This document shows positions 1 to 10,678 of a stretch of 64,000 bases of DNA, piece by piece. The DNA is from Campylobacteraceae bacterium. GTDB taxonomy: Bacteria > Campylobacterota > Campylobacteria > Campylobacterales > Campylobacteraceae. The stretch lies in assembly GCA_047974135.1 (NCBI GenBank), contig JBKECC010000082.1, positions 1,391 to 65,390 of the forward strand, given 5' to 3'. The notes under the pieces are model-generated. The model did not search any database. It had not been told where the DNA came from and saw only the letters and a list, made by a program, of their open reading frames with translations. The position numbers were made by a program, and so were the translations under genes. How positions within the stretch are numbered: the stretch's first letter is position 1; each line of letters begins with the position of its first letter.

Positions 1-1683
1 AGAGAGTTCCAGTGGTATTTTAAAATGAAAATAGCTTTGAACAAGTTGCGCAGTTTCTAAATCAATATCATCAACACTTTTTTTCATATTTGAAAACCAA
101 ATATTAAATTGGTACGAAGTGTTTGGTTTTAGAGAATCAATAAATGTTGCATTTTGAAAAACTACTTTTTGCGAGTTTTTTTCCAAAATTGTATCTATAT
201 AGTAACAAACTCTTGGCTCATAAAGTGCTGTGGAAAAAGCCACAACTGAAGGAAAATATGTATCTTGTGAGGATGTAAGTTTTATCTGAGCACTTTTATC
301 ACCATTTTTCATGATATTTAAACCGCTACTTCCAACATCATACGTATGGATATCAATACCAAGGTTATTTTGACAATTAGGATTTCTGTTTGTCACATAT
401 TCACCATTGCTTGTGACGGCTGCATCAAACGCATTGTTTCTGGTAGAATCTTTTGATTCACTCAATGATAAATTTCTTCTTAAAACTTTATTGTTTAGAA
501 AAATCTGATCGCCACCTATATCTACATCTCCCTCTCCAGCAAAAACAATTAATTTTGAGTCTATATTGCCAGACAATGGAGTCAAAAAGCCGCTCAAGCT
601 TATAACTTTATCATTTCCATTGCTTATGCTCTGATAACCACTGAAAATTGATAAATTTTTCAAAGACTCATCTTTATTTTCATATGCAACCACAATGCTC
701 CAAGCGCCATATGTTCCAAGTCCGCCATATCTATCATTTCTATTTGATGTATTTATTAAAGTGTATAGATTTCCTACTATGTAATTACCAGAATCTTTAA
801 TTAAGTCTGTTACATCAACATATGCTTGATATGCAAAAAAATCCATGTTGCTATAAGGGTTTAGCCAGTTTACAGACGAGTATTCCGCTTCCAAATTTAC
901 GTAATTGGCAGAATCTGGAGTTTTTAATTTTATACTACTAGCAGTAGCAAAATCATTTCTATTTGCCAATCCTTGCCAAAAAAGGTAGGCTTTTATTATT
1001 TTAGAATTGCTTGGTAAATCTAAGATGGCAGAAGATGAGCTATATGTCTCACTTGTTGAGTCTATGTCCCAGTAGGATTGTGATGTATCTGCATTATTAT
1101 CATTATCGTTAGCACAAATTGTTCTTCCATTTTGCCATTTTCCTCTTATAGCATTTCCGAAAATTGCAATGTCACCTTTTGTGTTGTTGCTATATAAAAG
1201 TTCAAAACTTTTCAAGTTTGTTCCACTAAATATATGGGTAGATTTTTCAACTTTAATTGCATTCATTAAAGTTCTTTGACTTGCACTTCCAGAACATGAA
1301 CTTCCTCTATACACATTAGCAACCAAATCCCAAGTTGTAATATATCCGTTTGGTATTGTAATAGAAATATCTGTACTATAAGTACCTGAAAAATATATAT
1401 TTGATACGGTATTGCATGCAAACTCAACTCTATTGTATGGAGCATTTTTGTTTACAAGTTCAAGCTTTATGCTAAAAGAACCTAGAAACCAACTAGTTAC
1501 TCTTGTATTCACTGTAACTTTTACAGTATCGCCGCCATTAACTGTAATAGCAGATGATGAATCGTTTAATAGTACAGATTCTACAGTCTGCCCAAAACTC
1601 TGATTATTTATTAAAATTGTAAAAAGTAATGTGATAAAAAAATATTTAATGATACCCTTATTTCTAAAAAACTGTGATTTCAT
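1..1683 (-). CDS. large secreted hypothetical protein, 3' end truncated at window edge
   Basis: Long open minus-strand frame starting with ATG at 1681-1683, absent from the ORF track because it runs off the edge. N-terminus MKSQFFRNKGIIKYFFITLLFTILINN looks like a signal peptide. Asn/Ser/Thr-rich beta-type sequence follows. Confidence 0.55.
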   Translation of the reverse strand, partial: MKSQFFRNKGIIKYFFITLLFTILINNQSFGQTVESVLLNDSSSAITVNGGDTVKVTVNTRVTSWFLGSFSIKLELVNKNAPYNRVEFACNTVSNIYFSGTYSTDISITIPNGYITTWDLVANVYRGSSCSGSASQRTLMNAIKVEKSTHIFSGTNLKSFELLYSNNTKGDIAIFGNAIRGKWQNGRTICANDNDNNADTSQSYWDIDSTSETYSSSSAILDLPSNSKIIKAYLFWQGLANRNDFATASSIKLKTPDSANYVNLEAEYSSVNWLNPYSNMDFFAYQAYVDVTDLIKDSGNYIVGNLYTLINTSNRNDRYGGLGTYGAWSIVVAYENKDESLKNLSIFSGYQSISNGNDKVISLSGFLTPLSGNIDSKLIVFAGEGDVDIGGDQIFLNNKVLRRNLSLSESKDSTRNNAFDAAVTSNGEYVTNRNPNCQNNLGIDIHTYDVGSSGLNIMKNGDKSAQIKLTSSQDTYFPSVVAFSTALYEPRVCYYIDTILEKNSQKVVFQNATFIDSLKPNTSYQFNIWFSNMKKSVDDIDLETAQLVQSYFHFKIPLELS

Positions 1684-1759
1684 TTATGCCTTCTTTTTAA
1701 AATTTCATAACTTGTAACAATTTTTAGAACTTTGTTTTGTGCATACGAAAACACTAGGA

Positions 1760-1787
1760 GACACGAGATGAAACTCGTGTCTTTTGG
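1760..1787 (+). terminator. orphan stem-loop GACACGAG-atgaaa-CTCGTGTC followed by TTTTGG
   Basis: 8-bp perfect inverted repeat plus T-run on the plus strand. No plus-strand gene lies upstream, so it is possibly an attenuator or small-RNA element. Confidence 0.3.
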
Positions 1788-2027
1788 AATTTATGAATAT
1801 ATAAAATTAGTCTGAAAATATGAAAATATTTAAAAAATTTATGAAATTTTTTAAAAGCATGAAAGTGACAAAACCATAGTATTGAAAGGTCATTGTCAAT
1901 ATTTAACTAATTTTCTATATAATATGTACATAATAATAGTTCAAAGAAATATTTTCTTTTTTATTCTAATGTAAATGTTACATATCAAAAGCTTAATATT
2001 TCCTTTTAAACTGTAAATATTGCAGGA

Positions 2028-2276
2028 GTGCTGATGACAAATGCAGAGATGGCAAAAAGACTTCAAATAGCCGAAAAAACAATATATAACTGGCAAAAAA
2101 ATAGAAAAGAGTTATATAAAATTGTTGAGTGCGCATTGAAGAATAATTTTAAGAGTGAAGGCTCCGTGGTTGATGAGGAGCTATTAAGATTAATATCTGA
2201 ACTTGATGAGAAAGAAAAAAATATGTACATTCATGAAATAAAGGCAAGAGTATTAAGAAGGGAGTTAAATAGTTAA
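2028..2276 (+). CDS. small helix-turn-helix DNA-binding protein (excisionase/AlpA-like?)
   Basis: 82-aa ORF with AEMAKRLQIAEKTIYNWQKN, an HTH-like segment. Sits alone in an 800-bp AT-rich non-coding stretch. Confidence 0.4.
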   Translation: MLMTNAEMAKRLQIAEKTIYNWQKNRKELYKIVECALKNNFKSEGSVVDEELLRLISELDEKEKNMYIHEIKARVLRRELNS

Positions 2277-2297
2277 CTTTCTTTGCATGTATACTTT

Positions 2298-2309
2298 CTT
2301 ACATGTAAG
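2298..2309. repeat. palindrome core copy cTTACATGTAAg (10/12)
   Basis: Intergenic, 22 nt after the HTH ORF stop. Confidence 0.85.
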
Positions 2310-2366
2310 AAATATCTCTCTTTATCCAAATATTTTGTTACATTACCCTACTAAATTTTACAAAAC

Positions 2367-2378
2367 TTTACATGTAAG
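2367..2378. repeat. palindrome copy TTTACATGTAAg (11/12)
   Basis: Intergenic. Confidence 0.85.
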
Positions 2379-2481
2379 AGTTGAAATTGTTTTGATATAG
2401 ATATCTGATATAATGATTTTTGTTTAGCAAAATCTTTAATTATTTTAATCGAAAACAAAACTTTCAATAAAAAGCTTATTT

Positions 2482-3438
2482 ATGAAACAGATAAAACATT
2501 TCTTTAATCTCAAAAAAGAGCGGGGCGTTCTTAGGCTCTCTATAACAGCAACACTGTTTGTGGCAATATCTGGCATCGTGTTTGGCTTGATGTCAGGTTC
2601 GGTTGCTATCATGTTTGACGGAATGTACGATTTGGTTGATGCAGGCATGAGCTTGCTATCTCTTGTTGTAGTAAAGTTAATCTCCTCATACGCAAACTCC
2701 ACGGGACTTTCACCAAAACTTCAAGAGCGTTTTACTATGGGATTTTGGCACTTAGAACCGATGGTGCTTGGTTTAAATGGCACACTTTTGATAGGCATAG
2801 CAATTTATGCAGTCATAAACGCTATAAACTCACTTTTGCAAGGCGGCCGTGAACTTGAGTTTGGTATTGCTATCGTTTACGCTGTCATCATTGTTTTATT
2901 TAGCTCCGTTATAGTCTATTTTGAAAACAAAGCAAATAAGAAAATAAAATCAGCATTTATAAGTCTTGATTTGAAGTCGTGGATAATGGCAACTGGCATA
3001 ACAGCTGCACTTTTGGTTGCGTTTATTTTTGGCTTGTTTATAAAAGATAGCACACTTTCTTGGATTACGCCATATATCGATCCTATAGTTTTAATCATTA
3101 TATGTTTGATTTTGATTCCACTTCCGGTTTCAACCATAAAACAAGCACTCTCGGAAATCATGCTTGTAACTCCTACTGATTTAAAATCACACGTTGATGA
3201 TGTTGCGCAAGAGATGTTAAAAAAGTACAGTTTTTTAAAAACTTATAGAGCTTATGTGGCAAAACAAGGGCGTTCAAAAGAGATAGAGTTGTATTTTATT
3301 GTTAAAGATGATATGCCGGACAGTAGTTTAAAATTTTGGGATGACTTAAGAGATGAAATAGGCGAAAAAATAGGCGAAGACAATCCTCACAGATGGCTTA
3401 CAATAGTTTTTACAAACGACATAGAATGGGCGGAATAG
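2482..3438 (+). CDS. cation diffusion facilitator (CDF) family metal efflux transporter
   Basis: 318 aa with multiple TM helices. CDF-like N-terminus with MFDGMYDLVDAG and a C-terminal cytoplasmic domain. Confidence 0.8.
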   Translation: MKQIKHFFNLKKERGVLRLSITATLFVAISGIVFGLMSGSVAIMFDGMYDLVDAGMSLLSLVVVKLISSYANSTGLSPKLQERFTMGFWHLEPMVLGLNGTLLIGIAIYAVINAINSLLQGGRELEFGIAIVYAVIIVLFSSVIVYFENKANKKIKSAFISLDLKSWIMATGITAALLVAFIFGLFIKDSTLSWITPYIDPIVLIIICLILIPLPVSTIKQALSEIMLVTPTDLKSHVDDVAQEMLKKYSFLKTYRAYVAKQGRSKEIELYFIVKDDMPDSSLKFWDDLRDEIGEKIGEDNPHRWLTIVFTNDIEWAE

Positions 3439-3439
3439 C

Positions 3440-3451
3440 TTTACATGTAAA
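3440..3451. repeat. palindrome TTTACATGTAAA (12/12)
   Basis: Starts 2 nt after the CDF transporter stop codon. Confidence 0.9.
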
Positions 3452-3591
3452 GGTGTTTTAGGAATAGTTTATATATTAAATTGAATTCATTTCATCTGCA
3501 AAACAAACTTTAATTGGGTTCGTTTATGAACAATAACTTTAGAGATTAATTATCGTAAAGATGAATTTTATTTGTCTGTGAAGTAAAAAAG

Positions 3592-3666
3592 TGGTGACCC
3601 ATACGAGATTCGAACTCGTGTTACCGCCGTGAAAGGGCGATGTCCTAACCGTTAGACGAATGGGCC
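3592..3666 (-). tRNA. tRNA-Glu (anticodon UUC)
   Basis: Reverse complement folds as a cloverleaf: 7-bp acceptor stem, GTTCGAATC T-loop, anticodon loop CTTTCAC, encoded CCA. Confidence 0.85.
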
Positions 3667-3719
3667 AACAAAAATAAATAAGGTTGAAATTATATCTATC
3701 TTAACTTAAATAAAGTTAA

Positions 3720-4253
3720 ATGTACTTTCGTGTAAAATATACGCTTTTAAACTTAGGAAATAACTTGAAAAAACATATCATTCTTTTTACATGTATATTG
3801 CTATTTTTAACTTCTTGTACATTAAAAGAGCCTATAGAAAACTCTTATCCAATTAAACTCATTGTAAAATCTCCAGCTATTAGAACAAGTGGGACTGGTT
3901 TTTATAAAAGTGGTGGGGATTATACAAATTTGCAACTATTTTATGGAAGTAAGATGGTTATAAATTATGAATCAAACATGCTTTCGTGCTTAAATGCCCT
4001 ATGTATGCCAAAGAGTACTTTTAACAAAAACTTTCTTGGATATTCTCATTATGGAAAGATTTTTGATGAGATTTTAGCAGGCACTCCCATATATAACTCC
4101 AAAAACATAATAAAAAGCGAGTTTGGTTTCACCCAAGAGCTACAAAAAAAAGATGCATATAGTATAACTTACGATGTAAATCAAACAGATATAACTTTTA
4201 GTGATACAAAAAACGATATTTTAATCAAATTGACAAAATTAGGAAAACAATGA
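3720..4253 (+). CDS. hypothetical lipoprotein
   Basis: N-terminal hydrophobic segment with lipobox LTSC. No recognisable domain. Confidence 0.5.
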   Translation: MYFRVKYTLLNLGNNLKKHIILFTCILLFLTSCTLKEPIENSYPIKLIVKSPAIRTSGTGFYKSGGDYTNLQLFYGSKMVINYESNMLSCLNALCMPKSTFNKNFLGYSHYGKIFDEILAGTPIYNSKNIIKSEFGFTQELQKKDAYSITYDVNQTDITFSDTKNDILIKLTKLGKQ

Positions 4254-5095
4254 AATACATAGGAGCCCACGTAAGTGCAAGTGGTGGAGTGGAAAATGCT
4301 CCCAAAAACGCTTTAGCAATAGGTGCAAAAGCGTTTGCACTATTTACAAAAAATCAAAGACAGTGGGTTGCAAAACCTCTAACAAAAGAGAGTATACAAG
4401 CTTTCAAAGAGGAGCTCTACAAAGCAGAAATATTGTCAAAACACGTTTTACCACACGATAGTTACTTGATAAATTTAGGACATCCAAACAAAGATGCAAG
4501 ACAAAAATCGTTTGATGCTTTTTTAGATGAGGTTAAAAGATGTGAAGAGTTAGGGTTAGAGAAATTAAACTTTCACCCAGGAAGTCACTTAAAAGAGATA
4601 AGCGAAGAGGAGTGTTTGATAAATATAAGCAACTCCATGAATGAAATTTTAAAACAAAGTAGTGGAGTTTCTCTTGTTATAGAAAACACAGCAGGTCAAG
4701 GAAGCAACTTAGGTTACAAAATGGAACACTTGAAATTTCTTATAGAAAATTCTATAGATAAAGAAAGGGTGGGAGTTTGCATAGACACTTGTCACCTTTT
4801 TACCTCTGGTTACGACATAAGAAGCAAGGAAGCTTATGTGGATACTATGAAAAAATTTGATAGTATTGTTGGTTTTAAATATCTAAAAGGTATGCATTTG
4901 AACGATTCAAAAATTGAGCTTGGAAGCAGGGTTGATAGACACGACTCGATTGGTAAAGGCAAGATTGGACTTGATGCCTTTTCTTTTATCATGAATGATG
5001 AGAGAATTAGCGATATTCCGATGGTTCTTGAAACGATTGATGAGAGTATTTGGGCGGATGAAATCAAACTTTTGTATAGTTTACAAAACAAATAA
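4250..5095 (+). CDS. nfo: endonuclease IV (AP endonuclease)
   Basis: [14 protein letters not shown]-terminus and TIM-barrel Nfo motifs (HLNDSK). Confidence 0.9.
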   Translation: MKYIGAHVSASGGVENAPKNALAIGAKAFALFTKNQRQWVAKPLTKESIQAFKEELYKAEILSKHVLPHDSYLINLGHPNKDARQKSFDAFLDEVKRCEELGLEKLNFHPGSHLKEISEEECLINISNSMNEILKQSSGVSLVIENTAGQGSNLGYKMEHLKFLIENSIDKERVGVCIDTCHLFTSGYDIRSKEAYVDTMKKFDSIVGFKYLKGMHLNDSKIELGSRVDRHDSIGKGKIGLDAFSFIMNDERISDIPMVLETIDESIWADEIKLLYSLQNK

Positions 5096-5112
5096 ATTTT
5101 TTAAGGACATTA

Positions 5113-6324
5113 GTGAAAAGATTATGTAAAACAACCATTATAGTAGCAAGTGCAGCTGCGATGCTTCAAGCTTCAGGGTATAAAATCCCAGAACAATCAT
5201 TAAGCGCAGTAGCCCTTGGAGCAGCAAATGTTGCAGCGGTTGATGGTAGCGATGCAAGTTACTACAATCCAGCAAATATGGCTTTTTTAACCAATCAAAA
5301 AAGTGAATTAGAGCTCGGACTCACATATATAAATCTTCCAAGCATGAAGTATAAAGATGACAGGTTACCAACATTAAATGGAAAATCAAAAACTGAACAT
5401 TTCGTAGCTCCATATATGCATTTTGTTATTCCACAGTATTATGAAAATTGGAGATTTGGCTTCTCTTTTGTGGCTCCTGGTGGACTTGCAAAAAGATGGG
5501 AAACTCCTTATCAAATGGCTCAATCTAAAAAGTTTTCATTAAAAATTATAGAAGCAAATCCAACCGCAGCTTATAGGGTAAATGACATATTTGCTATAGG
5601 CTTTGGCGCCAGAATGGTTTATACAAGAGGAATTGTGCATTCTAACGCAGTTGCAGTGCCAGCGTTAGGAGGGCAAGAGGTTAAGTTAGCTGGTGATTCG
5701 ATTGATTTTGGTTATAACTTAGCACTATCTTTAAGACCTATTGAGGGCTTAGCATTAGCTGCAACATATCGCTCAAAGGTTGATTTAACAGTTGAGGGAA
5801 AAGCTGGGATAAGCAAACACGGTAAAACAAAGGCAAGCGTTGATGTTATATTGCCAGCTACTTTGGACCTTGCCATAGCTTACACTTTCAATAAAAGAAC
5901 AACTGTTGAGTTTGTATATGAGAGGGTTTACTGGTCAAAATATAAAGAATTGGATTTTGAGTCAAGTATCCCTTTATACCAATTTAGACCAAACAATAAA
6001 GCAATTTCTAAAAACTGGAAAGATTCAAATACTTATCGTATAGGTCTTACACATTGGTGGAGTGACAATTTAAAATTAATGGCTGGTTTTACTATAGATA
6101 AAACCCCAGCACCAGACAGTTCACTTGGGCCAGAACTTCCTGACTCTGATGGAAAAATATATTCTGGTGGATTTGAATATAAGTTAAACGATGATATGAG
6201 CGTTGGTCTAGCTTATCTTTACTCTGATAAAGAAAAAAGAAGAGTTTCAAATGCTCTAAATCAAGGTGAATTTAGCAATGGCGGAGCGCATCTTGTGTCC
6301 GCATCTTTAAAATATAGGTTTTAA
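5113..6324 (+). CDS. outer-membrane beta-barrel transporter, FadL/TodX family
   Basis: Signal peptide, alternating beta-strand pattern, C-terminal ...LKYRF. Confidence 0.7.
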   Translation: MKRLCKTTIIVASAAAMLQASGYKIPEQSLSAVALGAANVAAVDGSDASYYNPANMAFLTNQKSELELGLTYINLPSMKYKDDRLPTLNGKSKTEHFVAPYMHFVIPQYYENWRFGFSFVAPGGLAKRWETPYQMAQSKKFSLKIIEANPTAAYRVNDIFAIGFGARMVYTRGIVHSNAVAVPALGGQEVKLAGDSIDFGYNLALSLRPIEGLALAATYRSKVDLTVEGKAGISKHGKTKASVDVILPATLDLAIAYTFNKRTTVEFVYERVYWSKYKELDFESSIPLYQFRPNNKAISKNWKDSNTYRIGLTHWWSDNLKLMAGFTIDKTPAPDSSLGPELPDSDGKIYSGGFEYKLNDDMSVGLAYLYSDKEKRRVSNALNQGEFSNGGAHLVSASLKYRF

Positions 6325-6326
6325 AA

Positions 6327-7925
6327 GTGCTCACATATAACTATCAAAATTTTTATGAGATGATTTGCCACAATGCAAAAAATGACCCAAATAAAAAGGT
6401 GCTGTTTTTTGAAAAAAAATCCACAACAAATCAAGAGTTAAAAACAAAGGTCGATATCTTAGCCACTTTCTTACATGTAAAAGGCATAAAGGAGGGCCAC
6501 AGAGTTGGACTCATCATAGCAAACTGTGAAGAGTTTATAGTATCTTTTTTGGCTGCCACTAGACTTGGCGCCATTTGTGTGCCTATAAATACATTTTTAA
6601 AACACGAAGAGTTTAGCCATATTTTAAATGACTGTGGTGCTAAGATGATTATAAGTTCCCCAGCATATCAAAAAGAGACTTCCTCTCTTTTGGTTACAAC
6701 AGGTATAGAAGCTATTTTGTGGACAGAAGAGTTTGAACAATATGATGATAAAAATTTTAGTTATATAGACATTCAAAAAAAAGCTATAAAAAGTGATTTA
6801 AGCGTAAGTCCAAAAATCGATGATTTGGTTTGTATTATCTACACTTCAGGAACAACAGGAAAGCCAAAAGGAGCGATGCTAAGCTATAAAAACATGCTCT
6901 CAAACATGGTGGCAGCAAAACTTGTAATGAACATAACAAATAAAGATAGATTTATCGTTTATCTACCAATGTTTCACTCTTTTACTCTTACTGTTATGAT
7001 ACTTTTGCCTATATATTTTGAATCTTCCATAGTTATAGTTCGCTCCGTTTTTCCATTTTCAAACATCTTAAAACAAGTTCTTTTAAAAAGAGTTACCATA
7101 TTTTTAGGAGTTCCAACGGTTTACAATGCTCTATTAAAAGCAAAAATCCCTTGGTATTTTATGTGGTTTAATTGCATTAGAATCTTTGTAAGTGGAAGTG
7201 CACCACTAAGTGAAAAATCGATAAGTGATTTTACTGCAAAGTTTAAAAAAGCAAAACTTATAGAAGGTTATGGACTTAGCGAATGCTCTCCTGGCGTTGC
7301 CATAAACCGCATGGATTTACAAAAACCACTCTCTGTTGGACCAGCACTTCCTGGATATACCATAAAGATAGTAGATGAAGAGATGGTGGAGCTTAAAACT
7401 GGCGAAGTTGGAGAGATTATAGTGCATGGTGATTGCACTATGCAAGGCTACTATAAAAATGAGCTTGAAACAGAAGAGACTTTAGTAAATGGATGGATAA
7501 AAACGGGAGATTTGGGCAAGCTTGACGAAGATGGCTATCTTTTTATCGTTGATAGAAAAAAAGATTTGATTATCTCAAAGGGTATAAATATCTATCCAAG
7601 AGAAATCGAAGAGGTTTTGTATCAATTGGACATAGTAGCAAATGCTGCTGTAATTGGTATCAAAAACGATATAAGTGATGAAGATGTTATAGCATTTATA
7701 GAGTATAAAGATGATGCGCCAAAAAGATTAAATGAGATGCAGATAAAAAAATACTTAAAAGAGCATCTCGCAAATTTTAAAATACCAAAAGAGATATATA
7801 TAGTTGATGATATGCCAAAAAATGCAACTGGCAAAGTCTTAAAAAGAGTTTTGAAAGAGCAAGTTTTGAAAGAGATAGAAGAGGCAAAAATAAAAGAGGG
7901 TTTTAAAGTAGAAGAAGGGGTTTAA
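6327..7925 (+). CDS. AMP-dependent synthetase / long-chain fatty-acid-CoA ligase
   Basis: AMP-binding motif IYTSGTTGKPKGAML, 532 aa. Confidence 0.85.
   Translation: MLTYNYQNFYEMICHNAKNDPNKKVLFFEKKSTTNQELKTKVDILATFLHVKGIKEGHRVGLIIANCEEFIVSFLAATRLGAICVPINTFLKHEEFSHILNDCGAKMIISSPAYQKETSSLLVTTGIEAILWTEEFEQYDDKNFSYIDIQKKAIKSDLSVSPKIDDLVCIIYTSGTTGKPKGAMLSYKNMLSNMVAAKLVMNITNKDRFIVYLPMFHSFTLTVMILLPIYFESSIVIVRSVFPFSNILKQVLLKRVTIFLGVPTVYNALLKAKIPWYFMWFNCIRIFVSGSAPLSEKSISDFTAKFKKAKLIEGYGLSECSPGVAINRMDLQKPLSVGPALPGYTIKIVDEEMVELKTGEVGEIIVHGDCTMQGYYKNELETEETLVNGWIKTGDLGKLDEDGYLFIVDRKKDLIISKGINIYPREIEEVLYQLDIVANAAVIGIKNDISDEDVIAFIEYKDDAPKRLNEMQIKKYLKEHLANFKIPKEIYIVDDMPKNATGKVLKRVLKEQVLKEIEEAKIKEGFKVEEGV
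6470..6481. repeat. palindrome copy cTTACATGTAAA (11/12)
   Basis: Inside the acyl-CoA ligase CDS, read as LHVK. Confidence 0.9.
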
Positions 7926-7927
7926 AA

Positions 7928-8779
7928 ATGGTTTTTATCACCGACTCAACACTTGATTTTTGGCTTAAAGAGGATGTGAGTTATATTGATTTAACGACCT
8001 TTTCTCTAGGGATTGGAGATGAAGATGCAACATTTGAGATTTACGCAAGAGATGAATGTATACTTTGTGGAAGCGAAGAGATTGAGAGATTGGCAAAGAA
8101 ATTAAACATTAATCTTTTACATGTAAAAAGTTCAGGCAAAAAAGTAAAAGATAAAGAGTTAGTTTTTAAAGCTTTTGGAAAAGCAAAAGATATACATATA
8201 CTTTGGAGAGTATCAACAAATATACTCTCTTTTGCAAGTAGCATAGCTACAAGAACTAATAGACTTGTAACTCTAGCAAAAGAGGTAAATAAAAATATAG
8301 CAGTTGGAAGTACAAGAAAATCAACTCCAGCAACTAGAGCACTTTCAACAAAAGCTGTTCTTTGTGGTGGGGGAATAATTCACAGATTAGGACTCTCTGA
8401 AACATTTTTGATGTTTGATGAACATAAAGTTTTTTTTAACTCAAATGATGACATCATTAAAAAATTACAAGAATTAAGACACACGCTTGCCGAAAAAACT
8501 CTTAGTATTGAGGTAAAAAGTGTAGAAGAAGGAACAGTTTTTGCACCTTTTGTTGATATACTTCAAGTTGATAAACTCTCACCTGAAGATGTTAACAAAA
8601 TTGTTTTACATGTAAAGACAAAAAACCTTAAAACAAAGGTTGCAGTTGCTGGTGGAGTGAATGAGAAAAATATAAAAGAGTATGCAAAAACAGGTGCAGA
8701 CTTTTTAGTAACTTCAAGTATGTTCCAAAATAGTAGTGAGATAGATTTTGGAGTTCGTATAACAAAAGGAAATAGTTGA
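7928..8779 (+). CDS. type II phosphoribosyltransferase, NadC/ModD-like
   Basis: 283 aa with similarity pattern to quinolinate PRTase/ModD family. Assignment tentative. Confidence 0.55.
   Translation: MVFITDSTLDFWLKEDVSYIDLTTFSLGIGDEDATFEIYARDECILCGSEEIERLAKKLNINLLHVKSSGKKVKDKELVFKAFGKAKDIHILWRVSTNILSFASSIATRTNRLVTLAKEVNKNIAVGSTRKSTPATRALSTKAVLCGGGIIHRLGLSETFLMFDEHKVFFNSNDDIIKKLQELRHTLAEKTLSIEVKSVEEGTVFAPFVDILQVDKLSPEDVNKIVLHVKTKNLKTKVAVAGGVNEKNIKEYAKTGADFLVTSSMFQNSSEIDFGVRITKGNS
8116..8127. repeat. palindrome TTTACATGTAAA (12/12)
   Basis: Inside the NadC-like CDS, read as LHVK. Confidence 0.9.
8605..8616. repeat. palindrome TTTACATGTAAA (12/12)
   Basis: Inside the NadC-like CDS, read as LHVK. 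Confidence 0.9.
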
Positions 8780-10509
8780 AACACTTAATAGAATTTTTAG
8801 AGAATAAAAACATAGAACAAACCGAAATTTTCGCACATTTAAAATGTAGTATAGAAGAAGCTTTGGTTTTAAGATATTTAGTAAAACAGTATGTCGATGG
8901 AAGTTTAGATGCAAACGTAAGTGATGTTTTGGGCGAACTTTTTGGGCAAAAAAATTATGAGCAATTGAAAAAAATACCACTTATGAAAAATTTGATAGAT
9001 TTAGGCTGGGTAGTGCAAAGCAACTTTTCTCAATTAAAGCTAAATGATTTTTCAAATCTTGAACTATACAATAGTCTAATAACACTAAGCCCAACATTTT
9101 TAAAGCTTCTTGAAGATGGCAATTTAGAGATGATTTTACCTGAAATCACACCTTACAATGACCACCTAGAATACTTAAAAGATCAGTTTTTTAGAATAGA
9201 GTTGTATCAAAAGCTAAGTGGCACAAAACAAGGAGTAAATCAAAGCTCGCCTGGCATTCACAGACTTCAAGCAAAACTTGGACTTTTGGAGACAAGGATA
9301 AGTGAGAGACTGAAAGTTACTACAAATGAGATAGTGATAGAAAATCTTTTCAAAGAACACTCACTTGAACCAAAAGAGCAGATAATTTTTTTAGCACTCT
9401 TAAAAGAGGAGTATTCAGGCGAATTTGAAAGCTTGCGTGAGATGAATACCCTGATTGGTCTTATAAGTTTTGATGAGTATGAGAGGATAAAAAATAGAGC
9501 ATTCCTAGAAGAGGGCTCAAAACTTATAGAGAGCACAATCATCGATTATGATGAAATGTTTACAGCTTTTGGCGGGATTACTAGAAATTTTTTCATAAAT
9601 GAAGATATTTTGCAAAAAATAATGCATCCAGATAAAGACAAAAAAAATAAAAAGATAAAGCTTGATATGCTAGTTTTAGACCAAGATATATTTGAACTTA
9701 TTGAGCCAAAAACAAACCTAGATGATGTCGTAATGCACCCAAAAACAAGAGAGCTTATGAACAATGTCTTAAAGCAAGTAGACAAAACCGTTGTTGCGCG
9801 TTTAAAAGAGTGGGGCATAAAAGATAAAAGAAAAGGCATAGATGCAAAAATCATCTTTTATGGACCAGCAGGAACCGGAAAAACGATGACAGCACTTTCT
9901 TTAGCAAAATCTCTTAAAAAACAGGTTTTAAACTTTGATTGTTCCAAAATCCTTTCAAAATACGTAGGAGAGAGTGAGAAAAACGTTAGGAAGATTTTTG
10001 ATACCTACAAAGAGTTATGCAACAAAACAAAATCAGAACCACTTTTACTTTTAAATGAAGCAGACCAATTTTTAAGCGCTCGTGTAAGCGACAGTGGCGG
10101 AAGTGCCGAGAAGATGCACAATCAAATGCAAAACATTTTCCTAGAGCAAATTGAGAGATTTGACGGACTTTTGGTTGTTACAACAAATATGTTAGAAAGT
10201 ATTGACCCTGCATTTTCAAGAAGATTTGACTATAAACTAGAGTTTAAAAAGCCAGATTTTAAACAACGACTTATGATTTGGCAAAAAGTGTTACCAGAGA
10301 ACGCACTTTATGATAAAGATTTTGATATAAATATCGTAGCAAATTATCCGCTAACTGGTGGACAAATACAGGTTGTATTAAAAAATACCGCCTTAAAAGT
10401 TGCCATAAAAGAAGAACCAATCTTTACTTTAGAAGATTTTAAAACTATCATAGAGCGCGAAACAAAGGGAAGTTTTGGTGAATCAAACGCTGTAGGATTT
10501 TTATCATAA
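8776..10509 (+). CDS. AAA+ ATPase with ~330-aa uncharacterised N-terminal domain
   Basis: Walker A FYGPAGTGKT and classical AAA box in the C-terminal half. Confidence 0.8.
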   Translation: MKHLIEFLENKNIEQTEIFAHLKCSIEEALVLRYLVKQYVDGSLDANVSDVLGELFGQKNYEQLKKIPLMKNLIDLGWVVQSNFSQLKLNDFSNLELYNSLITLSPTFLKLLEDGNLEMILPEITPYNDHLEYLKDQFFRIELYQKLSGTKQGVNQSSPGIHRLQAKLGLLETRISERLKVTTNEIVIENLFKEHSLEPKEQIIFLALLKEEYSGEFESLREMNTLIGLISFDEYERIKNRAFLEEGSKLIESTIIDYDEMFTAFGGITRNFFINEDILQKIMHPDKDKKNKKIKLDMLVLDQDIFELIEPKTNLDDVVMHPKTRELMNNVLKQVDKTVVARLKEWGIKDKRKGIDAKIIFYGPAGTGKTMTALSLAKSLKKQVLNFDCSKILSKYVGESEKNVRKIFDTYKELCNKTKSEPLLLLNEADQFLSARVSDSGGSAEKMHNQMQNIFLEQIERFDGLLVVTTNMLESIDPAFSRRFDYKLEFKKPDFKQRLMIWQKVLPENALYDKDFDINIVANYPLTGGQIQVVLKNTALKVAIKEEPIFTLEDFKTIIERETKGSFGESNAVGFLS

Positions 10510-10536
10510 GAGCCTTTCTTAATATAATAAATTAAC

Positions 10537-10548
10537 TTTACATGTAAA
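10537..10548. repeat. palindrome TTTACATGTAAA (12/12)
   Basis: Intergenic, 28 nt after the AAA ATPase stop, upstream of nuoA. Confidence 0.9.
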
Positions 10549-10678
10549 GACTCTATTTAACTATATGAAATTTTAAATTTTAAGAAAAGTTTTTATATAA
10601 AAATCGCAAAGATTTATTAAAGATTTATCATCTATAATCAAATCATATTGCTTTGATTTCGAAAATAAAGGGATTTTC

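Noticed and set aside
1412-1603. 63-aa plus-strand ORF
   Set aside because: Fully embedded antisense within the long minus-strand secreted-protein gene. Low-complexity translation.
3353-3385. Short direct repeat ATAGGCGAA within the CDF gene 3' end
   Set aside because: Encodes a duplicated IGEKIGE peptide. Too short for functional inference.
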